The notes: generated by a model from the letters alone, not told the origin. Positions 14,349 through 22,850 are shown, counted from the stretch's first letter. The stretch: DNA of 32,000 bases from Sinorhizobium meliloti (GCF_017876815.1 NZ_JAGIOS010000001.1:1-32000), one strand, 5' to 3'. Made by a program: numbers and translations.

Positions 14349-16958
14349 GGCGAGTCCAGGCTCGAGCCGGCCCACCGGGGCAAGCGAGATGCGCCTGTCT
14401 CGGGTCCCGGCGAGCCACGCGATGAGGCGACGCTGTCCGAGCCAGGCGGCAATCCCGAGCGCGATGCCGCCCAGGATGGAGCAGAGGGCAAAGGCGAACG
14501 GCGAGAGCAACGGCCGGATCGGCAGCAACAGCAACTCCGGCACGAAACGGTGCAGGATGTAGATGTGGAAGCCCGCTGCGGAAAGCGGCAGGATCAGCCG
14601 CCTACCCCATTGCGGCATGCGAATGCGCGGCAGGAAGAGCAGCGCGGCCAGAACGGCGATCTGCAGCAGATATTTGACTTTCGTCCCGATCCAGACGCCC
14701 TCATAGAGCCCGAGGAACAGGAATACGCCTGTCCCTGCCAGCATCACCATCGAGCGCTCTTTCCACGTTTCGGCAATTGCCGCACACCAGCCGAGCACCG
14801 CCATGTAGAAGATCCATGGAAGGGTGAATATCTGGCGGTTGCCGATATCGATGAGAAGCGGAAACGCCATCCGCGCAGCGAAGGCCGCGGCGAACAGCGC
14901 CATGCCCACGGCAAGGGGTCTCTTGGCCGCGGCGCGCCGGACGAACGGAACGGCAAACAGTGCGCCAAACACCAGCAGCATCTGACAATAGGCTTCGATG
15001 AACCAGTAGAGATAGGGCACCATGCCGTGGAGCCCGGGATCTGCGATGCCGAAATTCCCGACGAGAAAGACCGAAGCCCAGGGCACGTCGCCCCAGGCGA
15101 GCGCGTAGCCCGCCACGATCAGATAGTAGGGGACGAGTATCTGGGCGAGCGGCCGCAGCAGCTTGTCTATCGCGCCGGAGAGCAGTGCTCCGCTCTGGAA
15201 TCGCGCAAGACCGAAGCCGGCGAGAATGACCATGGCGGCCGATCCCCCCGGAATCGGCCAAAGCGTCTCGTGGTGGACAACGACCAGCAGGATCGCCAGC
15301 GCCCGGATCAGGAAATCCGCACCGATCCGGCGGCTCTTGCGCTCGCGGCCGTTATGGGCGGCGAGTGCGCCGACCGGCATTTTTTCCCAGCCCTCCGGCA
15401 GTTCTCCGAGCCTCTTCTCAAGGCCGATCGAAAGCTGGACGAAACGGAGCGAATCGCCACCAAGCGATAGAAAGCTGTCCTCCGGTCGAACCTTCTTCGG
15501 ATAGAAGAGCTGGGCAAAAAGCGCCTCGACGTCCCCCTCTTCCGAACTGCCGCACGTCGCCGCGGCCGGCCGCATGCGAAGGGCCGGGTAATCGATCTTG
15601 CCGGATGTCAATCGCGGCAACTTGTCCAGGCGGGAAGCCCCTACATGCATCAAGGTCAAGCCACTCGCCTCGACGAGCAGGCGGCGAACTTCATCCGGAT
15701 CGCCGCTTCCCACATAGTAGGCGTGGATTTCGGTGTCGTTGCCGACGACGGCGGCGGCGACGCCGTGCTGCTCCAGTGCCGCCTCCAGAGCGTCGTGACC
15801 GATTCGCAGGCCGGCAATCTTCGATATCCGCTTTGTTCGTCCGACGATCCGGAAGACGCCGTCCGCGTCTCTTACGGCCAGATCGCCGGTCCGCAATTCC
15901 GACAACTCGGCCCCCCGCGCGAGATCGGCGCGTGACGACGCGTAGCCCATCATCACATTCGGCCCGCGATAGACAAGCTCGCCGGGCTGATCGGCGCTGG
16001 AGATTATCCTTCCATCGTTATCCTCGATCGTCAGGCTCCCGCCCGGGATCGCAATGCCAATCCGGTCTTCCCTGCCCCGGAGACGGTCCGGCGGCATATA
16101 GGCCATGCGAGCCGTTGCCTCTGTCTGGCCGTACATCACGAAAAGGCGCGCATTGCGCGCGGAGAGATGCTCATTGTAGCGGCGCACGAGTTCCGGCGCC
16201 AAACGTCCGCCGGCAACAGTCATGAAGCGCAGCGCCGGAAAATCCCGCGCCCGGAACCCAGCCTTTTCCAGAAGGTCGTAGGAATAAGGGACGCCAGCGA
16301 AATTGGAGCTGGCGCTTTGCGCAAGTTCATCGAGGAAGCCCTCGTCGAGGATGGAACAGCCCGGCATATAGACGCTCGCGCCCACGGCGAGGTGGGCGTT
16401 AAGGACGGAAAGCCCGTAGGAATAGTGGAGCGGCAGGATGAGGCAGCCTCGGTCCGCTGCCGTCAAGCCGAGATATTCCGCGATCGATCGTGCATTGGAC
16501 TGGATATTCATGTGCGACAGCCGCACCCATTTTCCATGCCCGGTGCTGCCGGACGTCGAGAGCAGGACGGCAAGTTCGGGATGCGGCGCGATCGCGTCTC
16601 CCTCCAGCCGCTCCATGCGCCAACGGCCGTCAAAGCGGCGGTAGCAATATTCCGGTCTGAAGACCTCGCGGTCCCGGAGCATGGAAGCGGTGCCGCACAG
16701 GGCGACCGCGTGGCCCGCCTCGAGTGCCGCGAGATAAGCGACGACAGCGTGTTCGGAAAGGTCGGCCTCGATTGTGACCAGTCCGCGATCGCCGCGCCAC
16801 CGAGAAGCGAGCCGGTCGATGCGCTCGGCAAGTTCGCGGTAACTCACGATCCGCCCGCCGCGCAAAAGCAGCGCCGGCCGGTCGCCCCGCGCAGCCAGAC
16901 TTGCAACACCGAACGGAGACACCGAAAGTTCGCCTGAGCCGCCCAAAACCACCTCCAT
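14289..16958 (-). CDS. Tri-domain fusion: ANL adenylation domain, phosphopantetheine carrier domain and AT3 (acyltransferase-3) integral-membrane domain
   Basis: A-domain motifs: LSTSGSTGHGK (aa 133-143), LPLHYSYGL (175-183), YGQTE (276-280), RTGDL (356-360), GRTKRISKIAG (373-383) and SGKIDY (452-457). The carrier motif is FLSLGGDSLRF, with Ser503 at 15450..15452. From about aa 545 there are roughly 10-11 hydrophobic helices, starting IRALAILLVVVHHE as in AT3 TM1 with its conserved His. The start is uncertain: ATG 16958 lacks a Shine-Dalgarno, and a GGAGG within codons 2-3 precedes a TTG at codon 5. Confidence 0.85.
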   Translation of the reverse strand: MEVVLGGSGELSVSPFGVASLAARGDRPALLLRGGRIVSYRELAERIDRLASRWRGDRGLVTIEADLSEHAVVAYLAALEAGHAVALCGTASMLRDREVFRPEYCYRRFDGRWRMERLEGDAIAPHPELAVLLSTSGSTGHGKWVRLSHMNIQSNARSIAEYLGLTAADRGCLILPLHYSYGLSVLNAHLAVGASVYMPGCSILDEGFLDELAQSASSNFAGVPYSYDLLEKAGFRARDFPALRFMTVAGGRLAPELVRRYNEHLSARNARLFVMYGQTEATARMAYMPPDRLRGREDRIGIAIPGGSLTIEDNDGRIISSADQPGELVYRGPNVMMGYASSRADLARGAELSELRTGDLAVRDADGVFRIVGRTKRISKIAGLRIGHDALEAALEQHGVAAAVVGNDTEIHAYYVGSGDPDEVRRLLVEASGLTLMHVGASRLDKLPRLTSGKIDYPALRMRPAAATCGSSEEGDVEALFAQLFYPKKVRPEDSFLSLGGDSLRFVQLSIGLEKRLGELPEGWEKMPVGALAAHNGRERKSRRIGADFLIRALAILLVVVHHETLWPIPGGSAAMVILAGFGLARFQSGALLSGAIDKLLRPLAQILVPYYLIVAGYALAWGDVPWASVFLVGNFGIADPGLHGMVPYLYWFIEAYCQMLLVFGALFAVPFVRRAAAKRPLAVGMALFAAAFAARMAFPLLIDIGNRQIFTLPWIFYMAVLGWCAAIAETWKERSMVMLAGTGVFLFLGLYEGVWIGTKVKYLLQIAVLAALLFLPRIRMPQWGRRLILPLSAAGFHIYILHRFVPELLLLPIRPLLSPFAFALCSILGGIALGIAAWLGQRRLIAWLAGTRDRRISLAPVGRLEPGLASVGPLLALGPQEGNQVQRQ

Positions 16959-17082
16959 TTTAGCAAGGCGGCATATTATTGCTGACTTTGATCGTCAAGT
17001 ATAAAGCCGAAGCGAATACAGGACTTTGTGCGAAACCGATTTTCGCACGGGAGTACGCCGTTTCAAAAGGCCATCCGGGGCA

Positions 17083-17116
17083 CGAAAGGCCCGGTTCGGG
17101 GAAACCGGGCCTTTCG
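17083..17116 (-). terminator. Perfect 12-bp-stem hairpin downstream of the small secreted-protein gene
   Basis: The sequence is cgaaaggcccgg-ttcggggaaa-ccgggcctttcg. There is no clean U-tract, so terminator function is only plausible. Confidence 0.45.
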
Positions 17117-17178
17117 TTCGGGCGGAGCAAAGAGGCGCGTGGGAGGCCGCGCCTGCTCCGTGACTCGTCAGCTGCGGC

Positions 17179-17454
17179 TTAGCGGCTGAGGCCCTGGTAG
17201 TATTCGCCTTCACCGCCGGAAACGACCTTCGGCTGCGGAGCATAGCCGACGGAACCGGTGGACGTACGGTCGAGGGAGCCGTCAGCACGGCGAACGGCCG
17301 TCTGGTCACCGGCTCGCGCTGCGCGTTCGGTGTAGAGCGGCTTGTCGCTGACACCCTGATAATAGCTGCCGCCGGCAAAGGCTGCGGATGCACCGCCAAG
17401 AACGGCTGTGGCAACGAGGGTGGCGGCGAGAGCAGTATGGGTTGCGTTCCTCAT
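17179..17454 (-). CDS. Small secreted protein with YYQG motifs at both ends of the mature chain
   Basis: A CAGGAG Shine-Dalgarno lies 8 nt before ATG 17454 (the track start is GTG 17463). The signal peptide is MRNATHTALAATLVATAVLGGASAAFA|GG. The mature part is about 65 aa and reads GGSYYQG...GEGEYYQGLSR. Confidence 0.6.
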   Translation of the reverse strand: MRNATHTALAATLVATAVLGGASAAFAGGSYYQGVSDKPLYTERAARAGDQTAVRRADGSLDRTSTGSVGYAPQPKVVSGGEGEYYQGLSR

Positions 17455-17770
17455 GATCATCACTCCTGATCGGTCGTTCGCTTGAACGAAGGTTTCGTCG
17501 CGACCGTTTTGATCGGCACCATTCCGGACGCGGTGGCCTCGCCGATGGCGCCCGGTCCGATCAAAGGGTCAGAAGAGCATTCTCGTGCTCTCCGTTCGAA
17601 GATGTGGGGCCTCATCATGAGGATGGGAAGTATTGATTATCGGAACACGTTGTCCATGAATCCATAACAATCCTCACTTGAAAATGCCCTCGGCATCCTT
17701 ATTCGAGCGATCGCGGCAGCAGTGGCGCGAGCCTCTTGCCTTCCCGAAAAAGTCCGGGCAAAAGGCCCGG

Positions 17771-19660
17771 ATGATCCAGATATCCGGCCTCTCCGCCCGC
17801 ATTGCGGGCCGTCTGCTCATCGATAACGCTTCCGTGACGCTTCCGGCGGGCACGAAGGCCGGGCTCGTCGGACGCAACGGCGCCGGCAAGTCGACTCTGT
17901 TCCGGGTCATCACCGGCGAGCTTGCGGCGGAAGCCGGCAGTGTTTCCTTGCCGAAGAACGCGCGGATCGGACAGGTCGCACAGGAAGCGCCGGGGACGGA
18001 AGAACCTCTGATCGAAATCGTGCTCAAGGCCGACAGGGAACGCACGGCGCTCATCGCGGAGTCGGAAACGGCGGTCGATCCGCACAGGATCGCCGAGATC
18101 CAGACGCGGCTCGCCGACATCGGCGCCCATTCGGCGGAAGCGCGCGCGGCAAGCATTCTCGCCGGTCTCGGCTTCGACCACGAGGCGCAGAAACGTCCCG
18201 CCTCCTCCTTTTCCGGTGGCTGGCGCATGCGCGTGGCGCTTGCCGCGGTCCTTTTTTCCGAGCCCGATCTGCTGCTCCTGGACGAGCCTACCAACTATCT
18301 CGACCTCGAAGGAACGCTGTGGCTCGAGGACTATATCCGCCGTTATCCGCACACCGTGATCATCATTAGCCACGATCGCGACCTCCTGAACACCGCGGTG
18401 AACGCGATCGTTCACCTCGACCAGAAGAAGCTCACCTTCTACCGCGGCTCCTACGATCAGTTCGAGCGGCAGAAGGCGGAAGCGGACGAACTGCAGATGA
18501 AGGCGAAGGCCAAGAACGAGGCGGCCCGCAAGCATCTGCAGAGCTTCATCGATCGTTTCAAGGCCAAGGCTTCCAAGGCCCGTCAGGCCCAGAGCCGCAT
18601 CAAGGCATTGGAGCGGATGGGCACCGTGGCAGCCGTCATCGAAGACCACGTCCAGGGCTTCACCTTCCCGGATCCGGAGAAGCAGGTGGCCTCACCGATC
18701 GTCGCCATCCAGGGAGGCGCGGTCGGCTACGAACCGGGCAAGCCTATCCTGAAGAGGCTCAATCTGCGCATCGATGCGGACGACCGGATCGCGCTGCTCG
18801 GGTCCAACGGTAACGGCAAATCCACCTTTGCGAAGTTCATCGCCGGACGCCTCCGCGCGGAAAGCGGCGAGGTGCGGATCGCCCCGGGACTGAAGGTGGG
18901 CTTCTTCGCCCAGCACCAGCTCGACGATCTCGTGCCGACGCAGAGCGCCGTGGAGCACGTCCGCCGCCGCATGCCGGAAGCGCCGGAAGCGAAGGTGCGC
19001 TCCCGCGTGGCGCAGATGGGGCTTGCGACCGAGAAGATGGACACCGCAGCCAAGGATCTCTCCGGTGGCGAAAAGGCGCGGCTTCTCATGGGCCTTGCCG
19101 CCTTCGAGGCTCCAAGTCTGCTTATCCTGGACGAGCCCACCAACCATCTGGACATCGACAGCCGCAACGCACTGATCGCCGCCCTCAACGATTTCTCCGG
19201 CGCGGTCATCCTCATCTCCCACGATCGCCACCTGATCGAAGCGACGGCCGACCGGCTGTGGCTGGTGCGCGACGGAACCGTCGCGAACTACGACGGTGAC
19301 CTCGAGGACTATCGCGGGCTGATCGTCGGCGGGCCGAAGCCGAAGGACGACAAGCCCAGGGTGAACGGATCTGATGAGGCGCTTTCCAAGGCAGACCAGC
19401 GAAAGGCCAATGCGGACAGGCGAGCCTCACTGGCACCGCTCAGGAAAAGGATCAATGAGATCGAGTCCTTGACGGGCAAACTGGAGAAAGTGATTCAGGC
19501 ACTTGATGCCGAGCTTGCAGACCCGGCCCTTTACGAGAAGGCCCCGGCAAAAGCGGCTCAACGCGCCAAGGAGCGCGCCGATGCCGTCGAAAAGCTTGCG
19601 GCTGCGGAAGAGCAATGGCTGGAACTGTCGGCGGAATACGAGGAAGCGATGGCGGGGTAG
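17771..19660 (+). CDS. ABC-F family ATPase (two ABC cassettes, no TMD; Uup/YheS-like translation factor type)
   Basis: Two Walker A motifs (GRNGAGKST and GSNGNGKST), two signature motifs (FSGGWRMR and LSGGEKAR), an inter-domain linker and a C-terminal coiled-coil tail. I chose ATG 17771 (MIQISGLSARIAG..) rather than TTG 17678. Confidence 0.9.
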   Translation: MIQISGLSARIAGRLLIDNASVTLPAGTKAGLVGRNGAGKSTLFRVITGELAAEAGSVSLPKNARIGQVAQEAPGTEEPLIEIVLKADRERTALIAESETAVDPHRIAEIQTRLADIGAHSAEARAASILAGLGFDHEAQKRPASSFSGGWRMRVALAAVLFSEPDLLLLDEPTNYLDLEGTLWLEDYIRRYPHTVIIISHDRDLLNTAVNAIVHLDQKKLTFYRGSYDQFERQKAEADELQMKAKAKNEAARKHLQSFIDRFKAKASKARQAQSRIKALERMGTVAAVIEDHVQGFTFPDPEKQVASPIVAIQGGAVGYEPGKPILKRLNLRIDADDRIALLGSNGNGKSTFAKFIAGRLRAESGEVRIAPGLKVGFFAQHQLDDLVPTQSAVEHVRRRMPEAPEAKVRSRVAQMGLATEKMDTAAKDLSGGEKARLLMGLAAFEAPSLLILDEPTNHLDIDSRNALIAALNDFSGAVILISHDRHLIEATADRLWLVRDGTVANYDGDLEDYRGLIVGGPKPKDDKPRVNGSDEALSKADQRKANADRRASLAPLRKRINEIESLTGKLEKVIQALDAELADPALYEKAPAKAAQRAKERADAVEKLAAAEEQWLELSAEYEEAMAG

Positions 19661-19679
19661 CCGATCGGCGAACCTGTTT

Positions 19680-20519
19680 TCAGCCGAGTTCGAAGGTCGT
19701 AATCCCGTAAATGCGCGCAAGCGGCAGATCGGGCGCCGGTCCGCGATACATGCGGGCGGTCTCGAAAACCGGCTTCATGTTGTAGCGCGTGCAAAGTGCC
19801 CGTGCCGACGCATTCGGCTCGGGGACGTCCAAATAGATCCGTTCCCCGCCGGTGCCGGTTGCGAGCTTGCGAAACAGGAGATCGGCACCGGTCTCGCTGT
19901 CGGCGAGCAGCGGACCGATCTTGTAGCCTTCGCGGCACTTGCGGATCGTTCCGTAACCGGCGATTGCCCCGTCACGCAGCAGGACCACGCTTCTGCGCGT
20001 CTGCAACTGCTTGGTCCATTCGCGCAGAAATGCCTCGCGCCGCGTTGGATTGAACCTCATGTCATAATCGATCAGTGACGCCGCATGCACCGGCGCCACG
20101 TCGACAAGCTCGGTGCCGGGCGGCTCGGTCACGTTCACCACGCCGCCGTAGCGGATGTTCGCATGCGACCAGCCGAAACCCGACTTCCGATAGTTTTCCT
20201 GCTGGCCCACGACCCCGTCGAGGCCGATGGTCCGCCCCTCGGCCCTTGCAACTGCCCACTTCCAGAGATCGAGGCCGATGCCCCTGCCCCGGTACTCCTC
20301 ATCGGCGATGAAAAAGCCGAGAAATGCGTAACCGCTGCCATAGCGCACGAGCGAAATGGCAGCGGCAAGTCGCTCTTCCTCGACCGCGACCCAGTAGCCT
20401 TCGGGATCGGCGGCCCAGAAAGCGTTGCCATCGTCAATACCGGGATTCCATCCCTCCCTGGCGGCCCAGTCGATGATCGTGTCGAGCTCGGCCCGTGTCG
20501 CAAGACGAATATGTGGCAT
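19680..20519 (-). CDS. GNAT family N-acetyltransferase with a YitH-like C-terminal domain
   Basis: The acetyl-CoA motif is MPHIRLATRAELDTIIDW...FFIADEEYRGRGIGLDLW (R-G-x-G-I-G). About 130 aa follow as a C-terminal extension. ATG 20519 was chosen. Confidence 0.78.
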   Translation of the reverse strand: MPHIRLATRAELDTIIDWAAREGWNPGIDDGNAFWAADPEGYWVAVEEERLAAAISLVRYGSGYAFLGFFIADEEYRGRGIGLDLWKWAVARAEGRTIGLDGVVGQQENYRKSGFGWSHANIRYGGVVNVTEPPGTELVDVAPVHAASLIDYDMRFNPTRREAFLREWTKQLQTRRSVVLLRDGAIAGYGTIRKCREGYKIGPLLADSETGADLLFRKLATGTGGERIYLDVPEPNASARALCTRYNMKPVFETARMYRGPAPDLPLARIYGITTFELG

Positions 20520-20708
20520 TCTGAAATCCTGACTTCGCTCCGAAGAACCCCCCTCGAGAGGCAAGAAGACGGACAAGATAGATTTGCGTTCCATCTTGTC
20601 CACCCAAGCGGCTAGGCTAATTTTTGCAACGGGAAGCCGGCTTGTCGGTATTTCCCAATCTGCTAAAAGGGTCCGGAATAAATCATACTAATCAGGGCGG
20701 AAGACACC

Positions 20709-21635
20709 ATGTCCCCAATCAACATTGCCATCGTTGGCGTCGGCAAGATCGTGCGCGACCAACATCTGCCGGCGCTTGCGAAGAACGCGGACTACCGCCT
20801 GATCGCAGCCGCAAGCCGCCACGGAACGGTGGACGGCATCGACAATTTCAAGTCGATAGAGGCCATGATCGACGCCGTGCCGGCGGTCGAGGCGGTTTCG
20901 CTCTGCATGCCGCCGCAATACCGCTACGAGGCGGCGCGTACCGCACTTGCCGCGGGCAAGCATGTCTTCCTCGAAAAGCCGCCGGGCGCGACCTTGAGCG
21001 AGGTCGCGGACCTGGAGGCGCTGGCGGAGGAGAAAGGCGTTTCGCTTTTCGCGAGCTGGCACTCGCGCTATGCGCCGGCAGTCGAAGCCGCAAAGGCGTT
21101 TCTGGCGTCGGCCGCGATTCGCAACGTCCGGATCATCTGGAAGGAAGATGTCCGCCACTGGCATCCGAACCAGGAGTGGATCTGGGCAGCCGGGGGGCTC
21201 GGTGTCTTCGACCCGGGCATCAATGCACTCTCGATCATGACCCACATCCTGCCCCGGCCGGTCTTCATCACCTCCGCGACGCTGGAATTTCCCGAGAACC
21301 GGGACGCGCCGATCGCCGCCACGATCGCCTTCAGCGATGCCGAAAAGCTCGATGTCGCTGCCGAGTTCGATTGGCGTCAGACGGGCAAGCAGAGCTGGGA
21401 CATCGTCGCTGAAACCGACGCGGGCGGAATGGTCCTCTCCGAAGGCGGCGCCAAACTCGCGATAGACGGCAAGATCGTCCACGAGGAGCCCGAGCAGGAA
21501 TACCCCATGCTCTATCGGCGTTTCGCCGAGATCATCAAGGCCGGCAGATCGGACGTCGACCTGGCGCCGCTCCGGCACGTGGCCGACGCCTTCATGCTCG
21601 GCCGACGCAAATTCGTCGAGGCGTTTCACGACTGA
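20709..21635 (+). CDS. Gfo/Idh/MocA family oxidoreductase, galactose/arabinose 1-dehydrogenase-like
   Basis: The Rossmann start is INIAIVGVGKIVRDQHLPAL, with EKPP (HVFLEKPPG). At 308 aa it resembles the short sugar 1-dehydrogenases of this family. The substrate assignment is from memory only. Confidence 0.8.
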   Translation: MSPINIAIVGVGKIVRDQHLPALAKNADYRLIAAASRHGTVDGIDNFKSIEAMIDAVPAVEAVSLCMPPQYRYEAARTALAAGKHVFLEKPPGATLSEVADLEALAEEKGVSLFASWHSRYAPAVEAAKAFLASAAIRNVRIIWKEDVRHWHPNQEWIWAAGGLGVFDPGINALSIMTHILPRPVFITSATLEFPENRDAPIAATIAFSDAEKLDVAAEFDWRQTGKQSWDIVAETDAGGMVLSEGGAKLAIDGKIVHEEPEQEYPMLYRRFAEIIKAGRSDVDLAPLRHVADAFMLGRRKFVEAFHD

Positions 21636-21649
21636 TGGAAAGGGGCTTT

Positions 21650-21670
21650 GACCCCTCCCCAACCCCTCCC
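21650..21670. repeat. Left arm of a perfect 21-bp inverted repeat split by the IS
   Basis: GACCCCTCCCCAACCCCTCCC is the exact reverse complement of 22851..22871. Confidence 0.9.
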
Positions 21671-22845
21671 GGGGCAGGGCTATCGCATATGAGCGATAAG
21701 AGAAGTGAGGAATTCGTCATCCCAGCCCGCCTTTTTAATTTTCCGGCGGATGGAGGCCTTGTCGGGGTGCGATCGCAAGAGGTTGAGAGCGATCTTGCGC
21801 AAGAACGCAATGTTCTGCGGGCCGTTGTCCTTGCGGTTTCTGGCGGCGTCCTCGCGGAAGTGGACATCCAGAACCCAATGCAGGTTGTTTTCGATTTGCC
21901 AATGGGTTCTTACAACCTCGATCAGCGCGCTCGGCGACATGGTGGTTGAGAGCAGGAAGTAGCGGACATGGCTGGTCAAATGGCCGTTGGTATGACGGCT
22001 TGTGGTCTCGACGCAGCCGATGGCCTGCAGGCCCGGAAAGTTGATATCGCCGGCAGCCACAACGCTGGCGCGGCGTGTCTCGATGCGGTCATGGGCAGTC
22101 TCGGCTGCAATCTGGATGCTCTCGACGTGGCCGGCGTCCTCGATGCGGGCGAGCGCCTGGGCCAAGAGGCCGGGCTGGTTGGCCTTCAGTGCCAGAGCAT
22201 AATCGCCGCCGGCAGCGAGGATGGCGCGGGCGGTGTCGGGCCGGCAATGCAGGGCATCGGCGGTGACGATAGAGCCCTCCAGTGCCAGCAGCGCGAGCGC
22301 ATCGAGAGCCCCTTGCACCTCATTGCGGCCCGGCGCGAGCTTTTGGCCGATGACCAGACCGGGACCGGCAGCCCAGACATTGACGAAGTGGAGTGGCGTG
22401 GCCTTGGCGGCGCGCCGGTAGGCACCGCGCACCGCCTTGCCATCGATCGCTACCACCCCTTCGAGACCCTGCGCAAAGCTCGCCGTGAGACGGCGAAAGG
22501 CCGCGTCAAAGGCATCCGGATCGAGATGGCGGAAGACTGTGGAGAAGGTGTCATGGCTGGGAATGCCATAGGGCAGCGGCACGATTGTCTTCAGCCATTT
22601 TTTCTTGGCGACACCCGAAATCGGCCATATCGGTACAGCTTTCCGCACCGCAGACAATCGCCGCAACGGCAATGAACAGGATCGACGTCAACGGATGGCG
22701 CGCATTGCGACCGCGCGGATCTGGCAAATCTTCAAAGCAAGCGGCAAATCTACTCATCGAGACCTCCAAGGCAGCGGAGGACTTCATGAATCGATTTGCC
22801 GCAACAAAACAACCACTTATTCGCTATATGCGATTCCCCTGCCCC
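21671..22845 (-). mobile_element. ISAs1-family insertion sequence (~1175 bp) with ~30-bp imperfect terminal IRs
   Basis: IRL is ggggcagggctatcgcatatgagcgataag. The reverse complement of IRR is ggggcaggggaatcgcatatagcgaataag. The CAGGG-type ends match what I recall for the ISAs1 family. The element holds a single transposase reading frame whose stop lies inside IRL. I found no flanking direct repeat. If the outer 21-bp arms belong to the element, its limits would be 21650..22871. Confidence 0.8.
21680..22787 (-). pseudogene. ISAs1-family (H-repeat-associated) DDE transposase, disrupted by a 1-nt frameshift
   Basis: The N-terminal ORF 22551..22787 reads ..FEDLPDPRGRNARHPLTSILFIAVAAIVCGAESCTDMADFG, then goes out of frame. 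The homologous sequence resumes in ORF 21680..22672 as GVAKKKWLKTIVPLPYGIPSHDTF...AIDGK...THWQIENNLHWVLDV.. The junction is ttcgggtgtcgcc, the reverse complement of about 22608..22620. Confidence 0.8.
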
Positions 22846-22850
22846 TTGTG

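Noticed and set aside
14550-16937. Several 250-306-aa + strand ORFs (14550..15470, 15365..16225, 16167..16937) opposite the fusion gene
   Set aside because: They are antisense to a frame carrying a complete ordered set of adenylation, carrier and AT3 motifs. Their translations are Arg/Pro-rich.
17482-17667. 61-aa + strand ORF in the intergenic region upstream of the ABC-F gene
   Set aside because: It has a non-ATG start with no ribosome-binding site, no recognisable features, and lies in a divergent promoter region.
22598-22604. A6 run (reverse complement GAAAAAA) as a possible programmed frameshift site in the transposase
   Set aside because: Homology in the downstream frame (GVAKKKW..) begins upstream of the run. 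The required shift is +1, and the run is not in X_XXY_YYZ register. A simple 1-nt indel explains the break.
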